From Candidatus Woesearchaeota archaeon (lineage in GTDB: Archaea; Nanobdellota; Nanobdellia; Woesearchaeales; JACJVV01): 64,000 bases of DNA. Below the pieces are notes generated by a model. The model was given only the letters and a program-made list of their open reading frames with translations. It ran no database searches and was not told where the DNA came from. This document shows positions 56,476 to 64,000 of this stretch, piece by piece. A program made the position numbers and the translations under genes. Positions within the stretch are counted from its first letter, which is position 1. Every line of letters starts with the position of its first letter. The DNA lies in NCBI GenBank assembly GCA_047602755.1, contig JBLKOM010000004.1, positions 27,305 through 91,304 of the forward strand, read 5' to 3'.

Positions 56476-57874
56476 AACAAATACATTCTTAAAAAAAGGT
56501 TTTTCTGCTTCATTTTTAAGCTTTATAATAAAATATTTTCTTTTCCTTATAGCAATCCCTTTCATTGCAAGAATTTCGAATGAAGAAACAATAGGTAATT
56601 TTGGACTTTATAAATCTATTATTTTTTTTGGAGGTTTTGTTTTATTATTAGGTTTAAACGAAGGAATTAAAAAATATATCTCTAGTTTAAAGAATGATAA
56701 TATTGAAATTAATAATATACTATCATATTATTTAATAATAATAGGTTTTTTAACATTAATTATATCCATAATATTTTATTCTAAATCAGAATATTTATTA
56801 TTATTTCTAACAATAGCAGTTTTTTTTGCAGGAATATTCAATTTAATTAGAGCAATATTATTTAATACTAAAAACGAATACTTTAGCGAATTAGTAAAAA
56901 ATATTTATCATATTTTAATTTTTTTAATAGGGATACCTTTAATTTTTATTTTAAAAGATAATAGAAGTTTAGCATATGGTGTTATCTTTTCAACTATTAT
57001 AACTGGACTTATTTTGAGTGTTTGGTTCTTTATAAATAAAGTAAAATTAAAAATAAATCAAAAATTTTATCAAAATAAAAAATTTATCAAAATCTTTTTA
57101 TATTCTAAAAAATCATTTTTATCAATTAGTCTTACAACTTATTTAATGGATATATTATTAATAATTTATGCGTTTTTTTTAAGTATAGGAGAACTTGGTC
57201 TTTTAAAAATATCTATTTCCATAATATCTATTACTTTATTGTTCCCTAATATAACTAACCAAATATTAATCCCTCTTTTCTCAAAAACTAACATCAAAAA
57301 AAAAAGAGAAAAATTTTTTGTTTTTTTATTACACCATTTATTAATACTTATTTCATTGATGATCATAGCTCTAAGTTTTTTTTCAAAAGAAATAATAACA
57401 ATTTATGTAGGAAAAGATTACTTTCAATCTATAGTTTATCTTATTTATCTTTCCCCATCATTCTTACTATTTCCACTTATAAGATTAATTCAAACATATC
57501 ATCAATATAATGAAAAATTTAAATTAATATTAAAGAGTCAATTTATAGGGATTATTATATTTTTAATTTTATCTTTTTTATTTTTTAAAATAAAAAAAGA
57601 AATGATATTCCTAGGTCTATTTATTATGCTAGTTTATCTTTTTTTAACGTATTATCTAAATCTAAATAAAGCAATTAAGAAAGAATTTATAAACAAAAAA
57701 ACCTATTTAATCTTTATAATCTCTATAATATATTCTTTATTGGGGTTTTTTATTTCAAATACAAATTTATTTTTTAGAATAATATTATTTATCTCATTTA
57801 TCTTATTTATACTTATTAATTTACAAAAAAAAGATATTAAAAAAATATATTTGCTTTTAAATAAATCTAAGTAA
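56465..57874 (+). CDS. polysaccharide/oligosaccharide flippase (Wzx/MOP superfamily)-like membrane protein
   Basis: 469 aa and about 12-14 TM. This is the typical flippase size and context. Confidence 0.6.
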   Translation: MKDETNTFLKKGFSASFLSFIIKYFLFLIAIPFIARISNEETIGNFGLYKSIIFFGGFVLLLGLNEGIKKYISSLKNDNIEINNILSYYLIIIGFLTLIISIIFYSKSEYLLLFLTIAVFFAGIFNLIRAILFNTKNEYFSELVKNIYHILIFLIGIPLIFILKDNRSLAYGVIFSTIITGLILSVWFFINKVKLKINQKFYQNKKFIKIFLYSKKSFLSISLTTYLMDILLIIYAFFLSIGELGLLKISISIISITLLFPNITNQILIPLFSKTNIKKKREKFFVFLLHHLLILISLMIIALSFFSKEIITIYVGKDYFQSIVYLIYLSPSFLLFPLIRLIQTYHQYNEKFKLILKSQFIGIIIFLILSFLFFKIKKEMIFLGLFIMLVYLFLTYYLNLNKAIKKEFINKKTYLIFIISIIYSLLGFFISNTNLFFRIILFISFILFILINLQKKDIKKIYLLLNKSK

Positions 57875-58958
57875 TGATTCTTATGAAGGTTTTTGCATTA
57901 ATTTTTATATTATGATTGTCTTTTGCATATTTATATGCATTTTGTGATTTTTCTTTAAGTTTAAATGGATTTTTTAAAAGACTATTAAACTCCTCATTAA
58001 AAACATTAAAATTACTATTACACAAGACTCCTCCTTCATATTTATCAATAAGGTAATCATAATTTAATTTATAACTAATTATTGGAATTCCACAAGAAGT
58101 TGCTTCTAAAACAGTCATAGGCCAATCCCCTTCATATTCTGAAGTAAAAATAAAAACTTTACTTTGCTTCATAATTGAATAAATCTCTTTTTGTTGACAA
58201 AAATTAATAAATTTTAAATTCTTTATTTTTTTAGATTTATTCAATATTTTATTAAAATATTTTTCTTTATTTGTAGCTTTAGGACAAATACAAATAAATT
58301 TTCTATTTTTATTTTGTTCTGCTAATCTAAAGAATAATTCAACATTTTTTAATTTTTCACATCTCCCTACCCAAATACCATCATACATCTTTTTAGAAGT
58401 AACTAATTTATTTATTATTAATCCTTTTTTTAAAATTACAATTTTTTTAGTTTTAACATTAAAATTTTTATAAATAGAGTTATATTGAAAATTATTTTGA
58501 ACACAAATTTTATCAGCAATTTTAAATGTTTTCTCAGATAAATATCTTGACAAAAAAGAATTATAATTCTTTTTTTTATCTACTTCTCTATCACTAGCAA
58601 CCATATAAATAAACTTTTTTCTTTTAATTTTACAATATAATGCAATTAAACCAGATTGAGGCGTTAAGGTTCTTTGAACATATATATCTGCATCAATTTT
58701 ATTAAAAATTTTAAAAAAATTAAATACTTGTTTAACAACATTTTGTTTAAAATTTAATGACTTCCATATATTAACATTTTGTATAGTTTCAATATCTTTC
58801 TGACCATAATCTGCAACCATAAAATTAATATTTAAATTTTCATCTTTAGCGATTTCTTTAGAAAGTAGAGTCAATTGAACCTCTGCACCACCAAATGTTG
58901 CTTTCACTTTGGGATTAAAAACAGGATATGCTTTTGGTGCAATAAAACATAATTTCAT
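57867..58958 (-). CDS. glycosyltransferase family 4 (GT-B)
   Basis: 363 aa. VFIFTSEYEGDWPMTVLEATSCGIPIISY is a GT4 C-terminal motif. Confidence 0.7.
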   Translation of the reverse strand: MKLCFIAPKAYPVFNPKVKATFGGAEVQLTLLSKEIAKDENLNINFMVADYGQKDIETIQNVNIWKSLNFKQNVVKQVFNFFKIFNKIDADIYVQRTLTPQSGLIALYCKIKRKKFIYMVASDREVDKKKNYNSFLSRYLSEKTFKIADKICVQNNFQYNSIYKNFNVKTKKIVILKKGLIINKLVTSKKMYDGIWVGRCEKLKNVELFFRLAEQNKNRKFICICPKATNKEKYFNKILNKSKKIKNLKFINFCQQKEIYSIMKQSKVFIFTSEYEGDWPMTVLEATSCGIPIISYKLNYDYLIDKYEGGVLCNSNFNVFNEEFNSLLKNPFKLKEKSQNAYKYAKDNHNIKINAKTFIRIIT

Positions 58959-58959
58959 T

Positions 58960-60225
58960 TTACCTACCTATACCTTGATATAATATTCCTTTAGAACAAA
59001 TATTATCTTTATCTAAACAATTTCTACCATCTATTATTACTTTTACATTCTTCCAATCAGAAATGGATAAGAATTCCTTATGATTTGTTGCTAAAATAAC
59101 ACCTATACAATTATCTAATAATTCATTAAGTTCTCCTTCAATATAAGGGTCATAAATAAAAAGTTCAGCACCTAAATCTAATAATCTTTTTTTAATCTCT
59201 AATGCAGGACTTTCACGTAAATCTCCAACATTCGCTTTATAAGATAATCCTAATAGACCTATTTTTGTTCCTTTAACAGGTAAACCTAAATAATTTAATT
59301 GCAAAATCAGTTTGTTTACTGTATATTCAGGCATGCTATTATTAACTTCTCTTGCAATTTTTAAAAATTTATGATCAAAACCTATAGATTTTGCTTTCTC
59401 AATTAAATAATATGGATCAACAGGAATACAATGTCCTCCAACACCACAACCTGGATAATGAGCCATAAATGCAAAAGGTTTATTATTTGCACCATTAATA
59501 ATTTCAAGTATATCTAAACCCATAACATCAAAAGATTTAGCAAGTTCATTAACATAAGCTAAATTAACATCTCTAAAAGTATTTTCAATAATTTTAGTTG
59601 CTTCTGCTGCCTTTAAACAAGACATTTCATTAATTTCAGCATTAATAAAACTACGATAAAAATTAGCAGTTAATTTACAACCCTCACGAGAAGTACTTCC
59701 AACATTACGAGCAATATTATAAACATTCCATTTCTCATCCCCAGGATTAATTCTTTCAGGACAATGTGATAAATTAAAATCTATTCCGGCTTTTAGACCT
59801 GATTTCTCAAGAATAGGAAGTATAACATCATCACAAACACCAGGATTTACAGTTGATTCTAAAATAACTATTTGATTCTTTTTTAAATAAGGCAAAATAG
59901 ATTTAGTTGCATCTATAACAGGAGTTAAATCTGGGTCTTTATTTTCCTTTACTGGTGTTGGAACACAAATAATAACAATATCGGAATCTTTTATCTTATC
60001 AAAAGAATTTGAAACCTGTAAATTGGTAGATTTTATATCTATTTCAGCTTGTTTATCTTCAATAGGAAGAACTCTGCTTTTAATTTTATTAATTTTCTCT
60101 ATGTCTAAATCAATACCAATTACAATTTCATGTTTTTTTGCAATTGCTAATGCAAGAGGTAATCCTACATATCCTAATCCAATTATTGATACTTTCATTT
60201 TCATTAAAACCCCATTATAGTTCAA
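58960..60225 (-). CDS. nucleotide-sugar dehydrogenase (UDP-glucose/GDP-mannose dehydrogenase family)
   Basis: The Rossmann motif MKVSIIGLGYVGLPLA is present, as are the catalytic Cys block GGHCIPVDPYYL and the C-terminal LGLSYKANVGDLRESP. The true start is probably the Met at about 60198-60204. Confidence 0.85.
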   Translation of the reverse strand: MNYNGVLMKMKVSIIGLGYVGLPLALAIAKKHEIVIGIDLDIEKINKIKSRVLPIEDKQAEIDIKSTNLQVSNSFDKIKDSDIVIICVPTPVKENKDPDLTPVIDATKSILPYLKKNQIVILESTVNPGVCDDVILPILEKSGLKAGIDFNLSHCPERINPGDEKWNVYNIARNVGSTSREGCKLTANFYRSFINAEINEMSCLKAAEATKIIENTFRDVNLAYVNELAKSFDVMGLDILEIINGANNKPFAFMAHYPGCGVGGHCIPVDPYYLIEKAKSIGFDHKFLKIAREVNNSMPEYTVNKLILQLNYLGLPVKGTKIGLLGLSYKANVGDLRESPALEIKKRLLDLGAELFIYDPYIEGELNELLDNCIGVILATNHKEFLSISDWKNVKVIIDGRNCLDKDNICSKGILYQGIGR

Positions 60226-60282
60226 AAAACTTTATTTCAATAAACATAAGTTTATTAGTGATTTCTTGATTAACATTTCATT

Positions 60283-60519
60283 TTAAGCTCTATCCCATTT
60301 AAAAGATAAACCAATTATTACAATTAACATTAAAAAACTAAAAAAAATAATTGCACAAATATTCTTTTCCCAACCAACCCATTCTAAGACAAGAGGAACT
60401 AGTATCAAAATTAAACCTGCTGTTACTCCACCTAATAAACTATTAAATAAATCAAAAGACATACCATAATACTTTTTTCTTCCTTTTACAAACATAATCC
60501 GATTATCTTTCTCAACCAT
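60283..60519 (-). CDS. small membrane protein
   Basis: 78 aa with two TM segments. It overlaps the upstream GT4 stop by 8 nt. Confidence 0.35.
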   Translation of the reverse strand: MVEKDNRIMFVKGRKKYYGMSFDLFNSLLGGVTAGLILILVPLVLEWVGWEKNICAIIFFSFLMLIVIIGLSFKWDRA

Positions 60520-61573
60520 ACACCTTCACATACTCCTTTGCAACTTTATTCCATGTCATTTTTAATGCTAATTCACGTGAATTTTTGCCCATTTTTTCTA
60601 TTAAACTTGGATCTTTTAAAAATTTCTCTATAGCATTACGTAACGAAGTAACAGAACCTTTTTTAACAATAAAACCATTATCAGAAACTAATTCAGCAGA
60701 ACCACCAACATCAGTAACTATCACAGGTAATCCGCATGCCATTGCTTCTAAAACAGAATTACTCATTCCTTCATTTAAAGAAGGCAAAACAAATACTGAA
60801 GCTTTAGATAAATATTTAGGTATAGAAGAATGTTTTACTTTACCTAAAAACTCAACATTTCCATTTAATTTTTTTAATTCAGGAAGTAAATTACCTTCAC
60901 CTATTAATTGTAATTTAACATTAGGTGGTAATGCAGGTATTAAATATTGATATCCTTTACGTGTAATCAATCTACCAGTAGATATTAATGTAAAGCCTTT
61001 CTTAGTTGAAGGTTTAAATTCTTTAACATCAACTCCATTATAAATTACTTTTATATCACATTTAAGTGTTTTAAGTGCTAATTCTTTTAGACCCTTTGAA
61101 TTAGCAGTAACACATTTAGCATTCTTCCAAACCAATTTAGAAATAGGAGAAAAAATAAATTTATCTAACCATTTCAAACGAACATTATAGCCAGGAACAT
61201 CACTTCCACGTAGAGCAATAATGTAAGGTAGTTTAGAAAAATAAGCAATTACGCCTGTAGGCCATCCAAACCAACTATGACATAAAGAATATTTATTTTT
61301 AGAAATCAATTCTTTTACTTTTTTATTAGCTCTTAAACTCCATAATAATAATTCAGAAGCTTTCCAATAATGAAGACTTTTTTTCTTTACTTTAATTTTA
61401 TATATTGTAATATTTTTAGAAAACTTTTCAACTGAACCATTACCTGCTGTAACTAAATCTATTTCAATATTCATCTTAGAAAATTCTTTTAACATATAGT
61501 AACATGCATTAGAAGCACCACCACCAAGCGGCGGGAATTCGTAGTTAAGCATTAATATTCTCATATTAAACAT
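60512..61573 (-). CDS. glycosyltransferase family 4 (GT-B)
   Basis: 353 aa. It has MRILMLNYEFPPLGGGASNA at the N-terminus and VFVLPSLNEGMSNSVLEAMACGLPVIVTDVGG at the C-terminus. Confidence 0.8.
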   Translation of the reverse strand: MFNMRILMLNYEFPPLGGGASNACYYMLKEFSKMNIEIDLVTAGNGSVEKFSKNITIYKIKVKKKSLHYWKASELLLWSLRANKKVKELISKNKYSLCHSWFGWPTGVIAYFSKLPYIIALRGSDVPGYNVRLKWLDKFIFSPISKLVWKNAKCVTANSKGLKELALKTLKCDIKVIYNGVDVKEFKPSTKKGFTLISTGRLITRKGYQYLIPALPPNVKLQLIGEGNLLPELKKLNGNVEFLGKVKHSSIPKYLSKASVFVLPSLNEGMSNSVLEAMACGLPVIVTDVGGSAELVSDNGFIVKKGSVTSLRNAIEKFLKDPSLIEKMGKNSRELALKMTWNKVAKEYVKVYG

Positions 61574-61634
61574 ATTCTTATAAGCATTTATAAATGTTTA
61601 GTGACGATAAGTTAATTATCATTCGCTATAAGAA

Positions 61635-62627
61635 TTAGCCTTTTAGTAAATCTTTAAGTTGACTTATAAGCAACTTCTTGCTTGGAAGATATAATTTATA
61701 TTTAGATACAAAGACTTTATTTAAAATTCCAGATGTTGCATATTCTACCTGTACATCATGCTTATCAGTGCATAATATAATTCCAATAGGATCATTATCA
61801 TCTTTATTATTAAGCTCTTTCTTAACATAATTTAAGTAGAAATTCATCTGACCTGTATCTTTATGACTAAATTTTGAAGTTTTCAGTTCAATTATCACAT
61901 AGCATTTAAGATAAATATTATAAAAAAGTAAATCAATAAAGTAATGCTCATTATCTAAAGTAAATCTTTTTTGTCTTGCAACAAAGCTAAATCCTTGCCC
62001 TAATTCTAATAAGAAATATTGCAATTTACTTAAAATTCTTGTTTCAAGCTCTTTTTCAGAGTAAGCATATTTTTCTTCTAAGTTTAGAAATTCCAAAACA
62101 TAAGGATCTTTAAACACTTCATCTATTTTTGAAGGTATAAATGACTTTTTCTCATATTCAATTAATGATTTCTTATCTTTACTCATAAGAAGCCTTTCGT
62201 AATGAAGAGAATAAATCTGTCTTTTTAAGTCTCTTACGCTTAAATTCTCAGTTATTGCATATTTTTCAAAATAAGCTCTTTTATAATTATCATCTATTTT
62301 TATTAATTCACAATAATGAGACCAAGACAATTTGGGAGACAGTGTCTCCCATTTCTCATAAGTTAGATAAAACCTTCTCATTCTTCTTAAGTTAGTAACA
62401 TCAAATCCCTTCTTAAACTCTTTTAATAGTTCTTTTGATAATTCTTCTATTAAATAGATTCCATAATCTGCTCTCTTCTTTCCATTTTGTTCTTCTTCTA
62501 CTATTTTTCTTCCTATTTCAAAATATGCTTTTAACATTTCTTTATTTATAGAATAATATGCAGACATTCTTGTCTTTAGTATAACTTTTTTTATATCTGC
62601 AAAAAAATTATTATTGAGCAAAACCAT
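61635..62627 (-). CDS. PD-(D/E)xK nuclease superfamily protein, YhcG/DUF1016 family
   Basis: 330 aa. The N-terminal helical domain (NKEMLKAYFEIGRKIVEEEQNGKKRADYG) and the C-terminal nuclease core (IDLLFYNIYLKCYVIIELK) are typical of DUF1016. Confidence 0.8.
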   Translation of the reverse strand: MVLLNNNFFADIKKVILKTRMSAYYSINKEMLKAYFEIGRKIVEEEQNGKKRADYGIYLIEELSKELLKEFKKGFDVTNLRRMRRFYLTYEKWETLSPKLSWSHYCELIKIDDNYKRAYFEKYAITENLSVRDLKRQIYSLHYERLLMSKDKKSLIEYEKKSFIPSKIDEVFKDPYVLEFLNLEEKYAYSEKELETRILSKLQYFLLELGQGFSFVARQKRFTLDNEHYFIDLLFYNIYLKCYVIIELKTSKFSHKDTGQMNFYLNYVKKELNNKDDNDPIGIILCTDKHDVQVEYATSGILNKVFVSKYKLYLPSKKLLISQLKDLLKG

Positions 62628-62772
62628 ATTTTTGGATAAAGATTACACCTTAATATACATATCATGAGCAAAACCAAAAATACTTCAAAGAAACCATAAA
62701 CATTACAATAGAAACAAAATATTTTCAAAGAAATGTATAGTTTAAAAAAAAATTCTAAAAAGAATAAAATAT

Positions 62773-63765
62773 TTACTTAAGAATAACTTCCCTAATATAA
62801 TATCGTCTTTCAGTAGGTGAAGTGTTTAGGTATATTCGTATTAACATATCCATTAAAATTCCTAAAGAGAAAAACATAACACCAACCATTACAAAGAAAA
62901 TTGCTAAAAAAAACCAACCATTTCTGTTTAATGATAATCCTTGTATTCTATCAATTATAGCAAGTAAACCAGATAAACTACCAATAAGAAGACTCATCCA
63001 ACTAAGCCTTCCAAAGATATGTAAAGGCCTTTGTGAATATTTTGAGATAAACCAAATATACACTAAATCTAAAAAACCACGCTCAGCTTTTGAATAATTA
63101 TATTTTGATTTTCCAAATTTACGTGCTCTATCATTAACTATCAATTCACCTATCTTAAAACCTTTCCAACGTAATAATGCTAAGACATATCTATGCATTT
63201 CTCCTTGTAAATCTAAACTTTTTACAGCTTCTTTAGTATAAACACGTAAAGTACAACCAGTATCATGCACATTATCCCTAATTAAAACTCTTCTAATCAT
63301 TCTAGAAATCCGAGTTAATACTTTTATTCCATTTCTATCAGATCTACGTTTTCTCCAACCAGCAACAACATCAAGATTTTCAGCTTTCATTTTAGCTAAA
63401 AGACGAGGTATGTCACTTGGATCATTCTGACCATCACCATCTAGAGAAATAACAATTTTACCTTTAGCTTCTTTAAACCCTGCATCTAAAGCAGTTGCTT
63501 GTCCATAATTTCGATTGAGAGTAATTATTTTAACATTTTTTAATGTTTTTAACTCATTTAAAGAATCATCAGAAGAATTATCATTTACATATATTATCTC
63601 ATATTTACCAAGCTTATTCATAACTTGTTTGATTTCATTATCCAGAAAAGTAATATTCCCTTCTTCATTATATACTGGAACAACAACTGAATATTCAATA
63701 GCTTTCATATATAGTAAAAAACAAGCTTTATTTATAAAGTTTTTGTCATTTAGTAGTAGTATCAT
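62773..63765 (-). CDS. GT2 polyprenyl/dolichyl-phosphate glycosyltransferase (GtrB/DPM-synthase-like)
   Basis: YSVVVPVYNEEGNI, the DGDGQNDP (DxD) motif and two C-terminal TM helices are present. The start is probably the Met at about 63708. Confidence 0.85.
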   Translation of the reverse strand: MILLLNDKNFINKACFLLYMKAIEYSVVVPVYNEEGNITFLDNEIKQVMNKLGKYEIIYVNDNSSDDSLNELKTLKNVKIITLNRNYGQATALDAGFKEAKGKIVISLDGDGQNDPSDIPRLLAKMKAENLDVVAGWRKRRSDRNGIKVLTRISRMIRRVLIRDNVHDTGCTLRVYTKEAVKSLDLQGEMHRYVLALLRWKGFKIGELIVNDRARKFGKSKYNYSKAERGFLDLVYIWFISKYSQRPLHIFGRLSWMSLLIGSLSGLLAIIDRIQGLSLNRNGWFFLAIFFVMVGVMFFSLGILMDMLIRIYLNTSPTERRYYIREVILK

Positions 63766-63803
63766 AAATAAAGTCTAATGACTTTAATCTTTTTCTAAAA
63801 AAA

Positions 63804-64000
63804 CTATTTAGGTGGTACAGTATGAAATTGAGCTTTAATGACTTCATTAGTGGGGCTTAAGAAAAACCTTAGAGGAATTTTATATTTATTTTTACTAACA
63901 TCTGAATATACAACACTAACTCCTAAAATAGTATTACCTATCCAATAAGGATCAACAAATGATAATGGTTTAGAATCTAAATAAGGAACAAGATTATTAG
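63804..64000 (-). CDS. C-terminal end of an unidentified protein (partial, continues beyond the window)
   Basis: My own translation of the reverse strand gives an open frame, ...NNLVPYLDSKPLSFVDPYWIGNTILGVSVVYSDVSKNKYKIPLRFFLSPTNEVIKAQFHTVPPK, ending at the TAG at 63806-63804. Confidence 0.3.
   Translation of the reverse strand, partial: NNLVPYLDSKPLSFVDPYWIGNTILGVSVVYSDVSKNKYKIPLRFFLSPTNEVIKAQFHTVPPK

Noticed and set aside
1-64000. The possibility that the whole contig is bacterial (for example CPR), which would make the sigma-70 gene ordinary.
   Set aside because: The short canonical-position tRNA intron and archaeal tRNA-Glu D-arm argue for an archaeal backbone. So do the Hel308-type helicase, the RibL-like gene, the COG3432 regulator, the class III signal peptide and the TATA-like promoter spacing. 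Chimeric assembly cannot be excluded without reads.
1-64000. CRISPR arrays, rRNA genes, integrases, transposases and prophage structural genes.
   Set aside because: I scanned the intergenic regions and ORF translations. I saw no regularly spaced direct repeats, no rRNA-like conserved stretches, and no recombinase or capsid signatures. No mobile element can therefore be delimited.

Overview
The window is an AT-rich, tightly packed prokaryotic fragment that I read as archaeal and probably DPANN-like; that assignment is an inference. The supporting evidence is a tRNA-Glu(UUC) with an archaeal-type D-arm and a ~31-nt intron at the canonical 37/38 position, a Hel308/Ski2-type helicase, a RibL-like cytidylyltransferase, a COG3432-type wHTH regulator, a class III (pilin-like) signal peptide, and TATA-like boxes ~25-30 nt upstream of several start codons. 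I saw no rRNA, CRISPR array, integrase or transposase.

Layout:
- 0-25.5 kb: housekeeping and small membrane genes. These include SufB/SufD/DUF59, PCD, MazG, an N-terminally truncated Hel308, a split RND/MMPL exporter with a CARDB-like protein, NUDIX, alpha-glucan phosphorylase, nitroreductase, a RibL-like gene and a U32 peptidase.
- 25.5-48.5 kb: a block that looks less AT-rich. It holds a 2,349-aa cysteine-rich giant surface protein next to a 680-aa protein with a pilin-type signal. It also holds a full-length bacterial-type sigma-70 factor followed on the same strand by RDD, SppA, a hypothetical gene and a CBS gene. Other genes here are thioredoxin, a Cys-rich secreted protein with a MopE-like motif, two methyltransferases, a degenerate receiver-like domain, hemolysin III, an erythromycin-esterase-like lipoprotein and an FKBP lipoprotein.
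- 48.6-51.7 kb: a toxin-antitoxin cluster (RHH, HicBA, AbrB-PIN, two unknown coupled ORFs, ORF6N protein) with a duplicated promoter cassette.
- 51.8-64 kb: an extremely AT-rich surface-glycosylation cluster interrupted by a DUF1016 nuclease gene.

The most interesting items are the sigma-70 gene in an archaeal context and the giant-protein/pilin-signal pair.
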